DNA of 37,343 bases from Candidatus Nanoarchaeia archaeon (GCA_035256305.1 DATEYH010000138.1:1-37343); one strand, 5' to 3'; positions 26,092 to 34,391 are shown, counted from the stretch's first letter. Notes: generated by a model from the letters alone, not told the origin. Numbers and translations are program-made.

Positions 26092-27240
26092 TTATTCTGG
26101 CTTTGCCAGCTTCCATAACAAGTCAAAATACTTCCTGTAACCATCGGCTATTGCTTTCTTGTCTATTATTATTGTTGTAATTGGTTCTGTCCAGTCAATG
26201 ATTACAACCTTATCATCATATATCTCCATGTGCAAAGGGCTAAAGTATTCTTCAGGCAAAAACCTTATTTGTGCAAGCTCTGCTTTTCTTTTGATTTTTG
26301 AACCTTTTTTGAAAAGTAACCTCTCATGAATAGCTCTTTTATTCTCTATGTCTATTAGTTCGTCCAGTTCCCTGGTCAGTTTTTCCTGAAGCTTGGATTC
26401 TTCAAGCCCGAATGCAAGTATTTCCCTGTTTGTCTGCGCCATGTCCTTAAGAGCAAACCTTAGCCCATCCAGTCCTATGAATGTTTTTGTCTGCTGATTC
26501 CAGAGCAGCTCGAACTGTTTTAGGAAAGAAGCCGCGACTTCCTTGTTATCAATCACTATGAGCAATGGCTGTTTTTCTGTTTCAGAGGGAAAAATAAGAA
26601 CTCTGTCGTGGAAGATGTTTATTCCTGCAGGCATGGCTTGTTCATTCTGCATAAACCTTATCTCTGATAACGGATTATTTTCTGGAAGTGCTTGTAATTC
26701 TCCTCTTGCGCTTTCATTGAATAACTGCCTTGCCTCCACACCTCGCCTTGCTCTTTCAGCATTCCATTTCACAAAGAAGAGGTTGACTTTGTCTGAGCGC
26801 TGAGGAATTCCGTATACATAAAAGGTTTCGCCTTTCTTCATTAGCTTGAGGGCATCATAAAAAGCAGTTTCAATTCCTCGCATTCCCCTGTAAATCGTTG
26901 CTTCCTGCTTATACTTGGCCATCTCTTTTTTTAGCACTAGTTGAGGGAGCAGTTGCTCAACTTCTTTTTTCTGAGTTGCAAGTTCCTCTTCTCTTTCCTT
27001 AAGGTAGTCAAGTATTCTTTCAGGGGGTGCTGCTTCAAAGTATTTTGTGCTGCCTTTCATCACATGGCTCGCCATTCCTTTGTGTATTAGCCGGTCAAGT
27101 ATCTCATAAATTTTTGAGCTGGCTGCTCCTGATTTATCAACGATTGGGCCTGTTGTGGAGGAGCCTAGCTCCAGGAGTGCAAGGTAGACTTTTATCTCTG
27201 ATTTGGTCAGGCCTATTTGTTCTAGTATTTCTAGGTTCAT
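26092..27240 (-). CDS. TrmB-family transcriptional regulator
   Basis: From MNLEILEQIGLTKSEIKVYLALLELGSSTTGPIVDKSGAASSKIYEILDRLIHKGM (TrmB wHTH), then a coiled coil and a C-terminal domain. The tracked 45-codon N-terminal extension covers the promoter. Confidence 0.75.
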   Translation of the reverse strand: MNLEILEQIGLTKSEIKVYLALLELGSSTTGPIVDKSGAASSKIYEILDRLIHKGMASHVMKGSTKYFEAAPPERILDYLKEREEELATQKKEVEQLLPQLVLKKEMAKYKQEATIYRGMRGIETAFYDALKLMKKGETFYVYGIPQRSDKVNLFFVKWNAERARRGVEARQLFNESARGELQALPENNPLSEIRFMQNEQAMPAGINIFHDRVLIFPSETEKQPLLIVIDNKEVAASFLKQFELLWNQQTKTFIGLDGLRFALKDMAQTNREILAFGLEESKLQEKLTRELDELIDIENKRAIHERLLFKKGSKIKRKAELAQIRFLPEEYFSPLHMEIYDDKVVIIDWTEPITTIIIDKKAIADGYRKYFDLLWKLAKPE

Positions 27241-27285
27241 AGGATAATCATTATTTTGCTTATTTATATTCTTTTCTAATTTCTC

Positions 27286-27297
27286 CCCCTTAAGGGG
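27286..27297. promoter_or_regulatory. perfect 12-nt palindrome CCCCTTAAGGGG between divergent TATA boxes
   Basis: Lies between the TATA-like box of the TrmB gene (about 27260-27270) and GTTTATATAG (27306-27315) of the divergent 27366 gene. Confidence 0.35.
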
Positions 27298-27365
27298 TAG
27301 GTAATGTTTATATAGTATATCTACTAAATAGTGGTTACAAGATAACAGAAAGAGGTGAAACAAAA

Positions 27366-28022
27366 ATGAAAACATTCATGCAAAAAATCAGGGAGAAAGC
27401 AAAGAAGGCAATAGTGGGCGCTGCAATAGCAGGCACGCTGGCTATGCCAATGAAAGCCAAGGCTGATATGAACGGAAGCCTGGAAGCAATAGCAGGACCA
27501 ACTAAGCAGAGTACTTACCTAAGAGGTAACGCATTCTACCAACTGCCTGGAAAGATTGGAGGCTACACCTTCATAGAACTCTACCAAGGAGGCAATGGCT
27601 ACTTTGGAAAGAGCATGTTAGGAAGGGAAATAAAAGGAGGAATATTAGCAAAAGGAGAGATAGTTCACTGCAACGAGCCTTTCAGCGAAGCAAGGCTTGG
27701 TCTAGAAGCCAAGTTGCCAACTCCAAAAGGCACCACGCTCCAAGTAAAAGCTCTTCCTGTCTGCGTAGATAAAGACGGAAAAATCGTGCCCAGAAAAGTG
27801 ATGGTAGGCTACTTTGCAGATGTACAGCTAGGCAAAGGATGGAGCATAAGCAGCTTCGGAGATTTCAACGCCCTGCAAGGAGGGCAATGGGAGTACGGGG
27901 AAGTCAGCCTGAAAAAATACGTTTGGGACGGAGTGTCGGTGGCATATAACCCAGCGCTAAAGGCAAGTGGAAAGCTAGCGCCCATAATAGAGCACAGAGT
28001 GACCTTAGGCATAGACTTCTAG
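27366..28022 (+). CDS. secreted beta-rich protein with an outer-membrane-protein-like C-terminus
   Basis: Signal peptide ...AIAGTLAMPMKAKA, alternating hydrophobic beta-strand pattern, C-terminal ...RVTLGIDF. GAGGTGA 8 nt upstream of the ATG. Confidence 0.55.
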   Translation: MKTFMQKIREKAKKAIVGAAIAGTLAMPMKAKADMNGSLEAIAGPTKQSTYLRGNAFYQLPGKIGGYTFIELYQGGNGYFGKSMLGREIKGGILAKGEIVHCNEPFSEARLGLEAKLPTPKGTTLQVKALPVCVDKDGKIVPRKVMVGYFADVQLGKGWSISSFGDFNALQGGQWEYGEVSLKKYVWDGVSVAYNPALKASGKLAPIIEHRVTLGIDF

Positions 28023-28555
28023 TTAAGAATAAAACAAAAATTCTTTTTTATATTTAATTTTGAAACATAATTTCTTAGAAATAATAAATTAATGATAGCT
28101 GTTCATAGGAATCAACAACCAAGGTTGTTGAGCCAAAAATTCTGAGGAATTTTTGTGCATCATAGTCTTTGCTTCTCAGAGCCAATTCTCTGATTTGATT
28201 GTTAAATGAGAGATTGGACTTATTAGTGGCTGCATGCTGAGCACCTTGTTGCCTTGGTGCGTACACACCAGCTCTATCAACCCGATCTTCTATCGGCGTC
28301 CATGAGCGTCTCTTTTCAAGGATGGCTTCATACTTAGATGCTTTCAGTATTTATCCATGTAAAGCGTAGCTGCCCGGCCTACCCTGTCGGATAACCGGTC
28401 GACCAGAGGCTTCGGGCCCTCGTTCCTCTCGTACTAAAGGTCCCTTCCTTTCAGACACCCAACACTTCCAGTAGATATCAAACAAACTGCCTCGCAGCGT
28501 TCTGAACCCAGCTCACGATCCCTTTTGATAGGTGAACACCCTCACCCTTGGCCGC

Positions 28556-28588
28556 ATACAGTACCTTCTTACTTTCGCAAAAAGGTTA
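28556..28588 (-). other. 33-nt BHB-type mini-intron in 23S domain V (hairpin after GAUGUCGGCU)
   Basis: Outer helix GGCCG/CGGCC, central helix GCAG/CUGU, bulges AAU and AUG, inner helix ACCUU/AAGGU. Removal gives CCGUGCAGAAGCGGCC, the conserved archaeal LSU sequence as I recall it. Confidence 0.6.
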
Positions 28589-28852
28589 TTCTGCACGGCC
28601 AGGATAGGAAGAGCCGACATCTATGTAGCAAACCGCGCCGTCGATAGGAGCTCTCGGGCGCGACAACTCTGTTATCCCCGGAGTAACTTTTCGGTCGGTA
28701 CCGTCCCCCATTCAAGGAGGAACGGCAGTTCGTTAGGCCCAACTTTCGTTTCTGGTATTCTTCTTATTCAAATACCAGTCAGGCTGGCTTTTGCCCTTAC
28801 ACTCAACATCGGATTTCTGACCCGACTGAGCCAACCTTGGGGCGCCACTGAT

Positions 28853-28897
28853 ATAAAGCGAGCATAGACAAGCTTTATCAAGCAATCTATTGCTCAT
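28853..28897 (-). other. 45-nt BHB-type mini-intron in 23S domain V
   Basis: Textbook helix-bulge-helix-bulge-helix: GCCGCUGA/UCAGUGGC, central AAAG/CUUU, two AUA bulges, inner helix UGAGCA-UAGA/UCUAUGCUCG. Removal gives GCUGAAAAGAUAUCAGUGGC. Confidence 0.75.
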
Positions 28898-29233
28898 ATC
28901 TTTTCAGCGGCGTGCCACCCCAGCCAAACTGTCCACCTGCCGGTGTCCAAGTCACAAGGACTTGTGAGCAGCGTAAAACCAGATGAGTAGTGTTACATCG
29001 ACGTCTAAACCTGCACTTGCATGCAAGCCTCAAACAACTCCTACTTACTCTATACACCCGGTCTCACGTTGCAGCAACAGGCTACAGTAAAGTTTCACGG
29101 GGTCTTCGCTTCCCACTGGAAGTCTCTGGTCTTTGCACCAGAACAAAATTTTCAGAGGGTTCCGGTTGGGGACAGTGGAGATCTCGTTACGCCATTCATG
29201 CAGGCCGTCAATCAAACGGCAAGGCATTTCGCT

Positions 29234-30005
29234 CACATCTGTTACTTCCCTTAAAATTTAAGGTACTGACCTTCTCTTTAAGGCGGACAAGCATTTCTAC
29301 TAGTTGCTCAAAAATCTCAAATGATTTTTGGCAACCCCAAAACCACATGGTTTTGATGTCTCCTCACATCGCTATGAGGGTCGGACTATATCTTAACACT
29401 CATCAAAGAGTGTTTTTGGCGTATAGTCTCTGAGGATTCTAGACGCCTTATGACTTTTCGGTTCATCTCAGAAGCAAGTTCAGCTATTTTCTCTAAGCCT
29501 GCTCTTGACAAGTGCTCCTTTTTATTCATAATCCCTAATATTTGTGCAAAGAGTTCAAAGCTATTCTTCTTAGAAGTTTGAAGAGGATTTTCATTTATGA
29601 ACTGAACTATACGGTTCAGGTTGTCTAATCCTCTCACTCGGAACTCTTTCCTATCTCCGTTATTCACAGTTACGCTTCCAAAACCAAAATATGACTTGAT
29701 TCTGTGAAGTACTGCTTCATCGCGTTGATGTTGCACTATCCTTAATTCAGGGAGTACCTGCCATTTTAAGGTCATTTTCTCTAATCTATTAATAGACACA
29801 TGAAAACAACCTTCTCCATCAATGAATCCGACAATCCACTTAGCATCCAGTCTTTCCTGCTGATTATCTGCACCTATCACTTTTTCACCCTGACAACATA
29901 TAAACGTTTTAATTTAAATAGCTCACGTTAATATGTCCAGTGGTAGTGTAGGACTCTCAGACGTCCCAGCATATAGCCAGATTGTTTAAGGCAACTTCTG
30001 TGCTT
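29234..30005 (-). mobile_element. group I intron (772 nt) in 23S domain IV, carrying a LAGLIDADG homing endonuclease ORF
   Basis: Interrupts CUUAAGGU|AGCGAAAUGCC. The 5' exon ends in U, paired as U.G in a 7-bp P1 with internal guide GCCUUAA 13 nt into the intron. The intron ends in G. AAGAUAUAGUCCGACC (the classical S/P7 3' element) follows the ORF, with candidate P7 partner GGACAUAU. Confidence 0.75.
29386..29880 (-). CDS. LAGLIDADG homing endonuclease (single-motif type)
   Basis: KWIVGFIDGEGCFHVSI motif near the N-terminus; 164 aa; GTG start; sits inside the intron and its stop codon lies within the AAGAUAUAGUCC core element. Confidence 0.85.
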   Translation of the reverse strand: MIGADNQQERLDAKWIVGFIDGEGCFHVSINRLEKMTLKWQVLPELRIVQHQRDEAVLHRIKSYFGFGSVTVNNGDRKEFRVRGLDNLNRIVQFINENPLQTSKKNSFELFAQILGIMNKKEHLSRAGLEKIAELASEMNRKVIRRLESSETIRQKHSLMSVKI

Positions 30006-30837
30006 ACCTTAAGAGAGTTATAGTTACTCCCGCCGTTTACCTGTCCTTCGTTCCCTTGGATGGGATTTTCAGATACAGGCACTGGGCAGACGTCACCGAC
30101 TATTCTAGCCCTTACGGGTTGGCAGTCGGTTAAGTTTTTGTTAAACAGTCGGACCTCCTTTGTTACTGTGCCTTACACTCGCATTCTTATGAATACAAGT
30201 GTAGGGACCCCTTAGACCGAAGGCTTGGGGCTAATTTGCCGAATTCCCTCAACCAGATTGTCCCTTCTCGCCGTGGGCTTCTCACCCAGGGGCACCTGTG
30301 CCGGTGCTGGGTATAGACATAAAGGATTTTTCCCTGTTCCCTTTTCAAGGGCTCCGGGTATTAGCTGAACAATACTTAAGTACTGCTGTTCTAAGAGTTG
30401 ACCAGGTTCTCATCGTTACGATACTCCCCTGACCTGCCCTTATTAACAATCCCGACGGGGATTGTCAGCCTAACCAGAAGCGTCAGGAACAAGGCTTGCG
30501 TTACCGCACATACCAATATGGTACAGGAATATTAACCTGTTTCCCTTTCCTCTACTAGCTCAAGTTATGAGCTGAGTTAGGACTAACTTACCCTTGGCTG
30601 ATCTGCATTGCCAAGGAACCCTTGCCCTTTCAGCGACACTGATTCTCACAGTGCTAAGTTCTTACTATTACCAGGATTCTCATTCCTGCAAGATTGACCT
30701 CTCCTCTCGGAGAAGCTTCTGCTCTAGCAGGACGCCTACCTACCGCAACGCTTGCGCGTGCCAGCGGTCTCGGTGACTGATTTAGCCCCGTCCATCTTAG
30801 GCGCTCATAACCTCGAAGAGTAAGCTGTTACGCACTT

Positions 30838-30870
<33 letters not shown>

Positions 30871-32235
30871 CGCTGTCTTTGGTTATGAACAACCTTCACC
30901 CTTTCACACTTAACCAATGCTTAGGGACCTTAACCGCTGTCTGGGTTGTTCCCCTCTCGCGCATCACCCTTACGACGATGCGCCGTCTCCTGAGGTCTAC
31001 AGTGCATGGGACTTTGGAGTTGGACAAAGAACCGACCACTTTCGCGGCCTAAATCCTAAATCCGTAGCTCTACCTCCCAGGCAACCTCGCTCAGGGCTTG
31101 ACTGCAGCCAACTTCGGTAGGAACCAGCTATCGCCGAACTCGATTGGCTTTTTACCCCTACGCTCAAGTTAGAAGAACATTTGTACATAGAACCTCTGCA
31201 GGCCTCCACCCTTCTTTAGAAGGGCTTCACCTTACCCAAGTGTAGTTCGTCCGGCTTCGGGTCTGGTCCGAGTGACTAAAGGCGCTTTCACACCTCTCCC
31301 CTCGCATGCTGCGGGATATTGCTTTCGCTTTGGATGCCCATTGATTAATGGTTATCCTTGCCACTCAGACAAACTCCCTGGCTCGTTATTCTAAACGCAC
31401 GATACACAGCCGAAGCTGCGTATCCCGCTGTATCTACTAGGTTTCAAGTTCTATTTGACTCTCTGTCAAGAGTTCTTTTCAGCTTTCCCTCACGGTACTG
31501 GTTCGCTATCGGACTCAAAACGTGTTTAGGGTTAGGAGTTGATGCCTCCTAGCTTCGCACCTAGTATCCAGTAGGTGCTACTCAAGATACTGCCACGCCT
31601 CCCTGACTCCCTCTACGGGACTATCACCCTCTATGGTACTTCTTTCCAGAAGACTTTGAGTCATCAGGGTAAGGTCTAAAAGACAGTCTTACAAATCCAC
31701 ATCCCATCTCATTTTTCAATGAAAGGTTCAGATTGCCCTTTGCTGCTTTCGCTCTCTGCTAATAACAGCATCCTTAGTTTAGTTTCTCTTCCTGCAGGTA
31801 CTAAGACGTTTCAGTTCCCTGCGTATAGCTAGCCTTTCGGCTTCAAAGCGAAGTCGCATTCAGAAATCCCTGGTTCAACCCCTGCGTGCGGGTCGCCAAG
31901 GCTTTTCGTGGCTTGCCACGTCCTTCTTCGCCGTCTTGAGCCAAGCTATCCTCCTAGTAGAGTATTTTCTCTCAGAACTTAGCAATCATTTCAGAGACTT
32001 ATCTCTGTGTTGCAAAGACCAATAATTTCCTATGAACAGCCTTCATTAAACATGAGTAAATGAATATTGGTCGACATGAAAAAGCATGTCTTCTCGTGTT
32101 CTGAGCTTCTTCACCCAGCAAGTCTTAGTTGCCGAGCTGCTAATAAAAAATTGAATATGAAATGTAAGTGGACTCTGCGACAACAAAAATCGCGAAGCGA
32201 TTTTTGAGTCCTCGAGTCCATCTCACTTCGTTCGA

Positions 32236-32377
32236 TGGACTCTGCGGGAATTGCGTCCTCAGAGTTTATGTAATAAACTCTGATGTTGTATTCGCACCCG
32301 CGGCCCCCACCTCTCTCAAGCAAAAGCTCTTGCCTTTTGCATGCAAGGGTGGTGCTCTACTACTGAGCTAAGAGCCC
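32236..32377 (-). tRNA. tRNA-Ala(UGC) in the 16S-23S spacer, with two introns (29 nt at 37/38, 32313-32341; 41 nt in the T-loop at 59/60, 32250-32290)
   Basis: Acceptor GGGCUCU/AGAGUCC with the G3:U70 Ala identity pair, D arm GCUC/GAGC, anticodon stem CCACC/GGUGG, loop CUUGCA-A, variable GGGCC, T stem GCGGG/CCCGC. T-loop intron flanked by central helix UGCG/CGCA and bulges AAU/AUU. The mature T-loop UGCGAAU and D-loop AGUAGUA are atypical. Confidence 0.75.
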
Positions 32378-33224
32378 ATGCCGGGGGTATAATCCCCTTT
32401 TGCTCCTGTGAATAGCAAAAAAATAATGTGGTAGGAGAAGAACTAGCCTAACAAGATTCTAATATTTATATAAAAAATTATAGGAGGTGATCCCACCGCA
32501 GGTTCCCCTACGGTGACCTTGTGACGACTTAACCCATCTCACTGAACTCAGGTTCAACACAACCAAGAAAGCTGTGTTTCACCTAAACCCTGCTCGATTG
32601 GTTTGACGGGCGGTGTGTGCAAGAGACAGGGACATATTCACCGGACTATGCTAAAATCCGATTACTAGGGATTCCATCGTCACGAGGCTGAGTTACAAGC
32701 CTCGATCTGAACTAAGATATGGTTTAGAGGTTTAGCTCCCCCTTTCGGGGTGGCATCCCATTGTCCATACCATTGTTGCGCGCGTGTAGCCTAGAGCATT
32801 CGGAGCATACAGACCTACCGTAGCCTGCACCTTCCTCCCTGTTTCCAGGGCAGTCCCCTCAAAGTGCTCAATCCATCCGTGGATGTTGTTAGCAATAGAG
32901 GGTACAGGTCTCGCTCGTTGCCAGACTTAACTGGACGCTTCACAGCACGAGCTGGCGACGGCCATGCACTACCTCTCGGCTTGTCAGGTAATGTCTTCAG
33001 CATGACCTTCATTCTGCCGTCGGCTCTAGTGAGGTTCTCTGCGTTGAGTTAGATTGAACCGCACGCCGCACCCCTTGTGGTGTCTCCCCGCCAATTCCTT
33101 AAAGTTTCAGCCTTGCGACCGTACTTCCCTGGTGGCGAGCTTAACGACTTCTCTTCGACACTGCGCATCCTCGTGGGGTGCGCAATACCTTGCTCGCAGC
33201 GTTTACAGCTAGGACTACTCGGGT

Positions 33225-33368
33225 AATTAGCACCTTTATTTCCATAACGTATCAGAATTTGCAATGGATTGTAGTAATTTTTTCTTGGCAAAAACAAATC
33301 GTTCAGTGGGTTTTAACGAAGTTAAAATCCCACATTGCATTTTTTGGTACAGCTTTGATTAAAGGTGT
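33225..33368 (-). other. 144-nt BHB-type intron in 16S, inside the GGAUUAGAUACCC block
   Basis: Central helix UUAG/CUAA, bulges AUA and UUA, 8-bp inner helix CACCUUUA/UAAAGGUG. Cutting after the 2nd bulge nt restores GGAUUAGAU|ACCCGAGUAGUCC. Contains a 12-bp UUCG-capped hairpin. Confidence 0.8.
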
Positions 33369-33852
33369 ATCTAATCCGTTTTGCTCCCCTAGCTTTCGTT
33401 CCTCACAGTCGGACCCGTCCTGGCCAGATGCCTTCGCCATTGGTAGTCCTCCCTGGATTAACCCATTTTACCGGTACCCAAGGAATACTTCTGACCTCTT
33501 CCGGTCCCGAGTCTTGTAGTGTCCTCTGCACGCCGACAGGTTAAGCCTGCCGATTTCACAAAGGATTTTCAAGACCTGCTACGAACGCTTTAGACCCAAT
33601 AATCGTGATGACCACTTGGGGCGCTGGGGTTACCGCGGCGGCTGGCACCAGTCTTGCCCACCCCTTATTCGCCAAGCTTTTTACACATGGCAAAAGCCTA
33701 TCAATGATAAGCACTTGGGATCCCCTTCTCACACTTGCGTGCATTGGAAAGGTTTCGCGCCTGCTGCACCCCGTGGGGCTGGGACCAGTATCTCAGTGTC
33801 CCTCTCCGGGCTCCCACTCTCATGGCCCGTACGGATCCTAGGTTTGGTGGTC

Positions 33853-33896
33853 TTGTAAGCGCCAGCTTACAACCCAAAAGGGTTAGCTTTTGCGTG
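33853..33896 (-). other. 44-nt BHB-type mini-intron in 16S (helix equivalent to E. coli ~255-270)
   Basis: Outer helix UUGGCGGU/ACCACCAA, central helix GUAA/UUAC, bulges UGC and AAG. Removal gives UUGGCGGUGUAAUGGACCACCAA, colinear with the conserved UUGGUGGGGUAACGGCCCACCAA. Confidence 0.65.
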
Positions 33897-34391
33897 CATT
33901 ACACCGCCAACAGCCTAATCCGCCGCCAGTCCATCCTATGGCACGAGTTTAAGGAAGAGCCCATTCCAGGGCTTGTTCCCTATCAGGTATTACCCTCACT
34001 TTCGCGAAGCTATCCCCGACCATAGGGCAGGTTACCGACGTGTTACTGAGCCTTTCGCCTCCATTGCTGGATGACTTGCATGGCTTAATCGGATCCCAAT
34101 AGCAGCAATCTCCCGCAGGATCAACGGGAACTGATTATTTGATTATTCGGCTAAAACTTTAATGAAACTTTATTAGAATTCTGCTAAACAGGATTCTTTC
34201 TCCTACCAGTATACTTGAATAGCTAGTTCAAGCATGAAACAAACTTTTCGAGTTATGCTGATGCAAAAGATGCTTAATCCAGACTTTCGTCGAGATGTTT
34301 TTAATTCTGCATAACTATGGCGCTGATCGCTTGTAGAGAATCAGTGTTTAGATCCTCGCCTGAAAATGCGTGTTTTCAGAGAGTTATAGGG

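Larger units (their letters stand above)
32482..34130 (-). rRNA. rrs: 16S rRNA (about 1461 nt mature, 2 intervening sequences)
   Basis: 5' UUCCCGUUGAUCCUGCGGGAG, GUGCCAGCCGCCGCGGUAA, UUGCACACACCGCCCGUCA, 3' GGAUCACCUCCU. Processing stem 32430-32465 / 34171-34207. Confidence 0.95.

Noticed and set aside
28023-28207. Possible 5S rRNA downstream of 23S
   Set aside because: The 23S trailer contains only the processing-stem strand, AT-rich sequence and T-runs, with no 5S-like helices. The 5S gene must be elsewhere.
29234-30005. BHB (archaeal-type) splicing motif for the large 23S intron
   Set aside because: No 4-bp central helix with staggered 3-nt bulges could be built at either possible junction, whereas group I features (P1 U.G, terminal G, AAGAUAUAGUCC) fit. 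Long-range BHB pairing cannot be fully excluded by eye.
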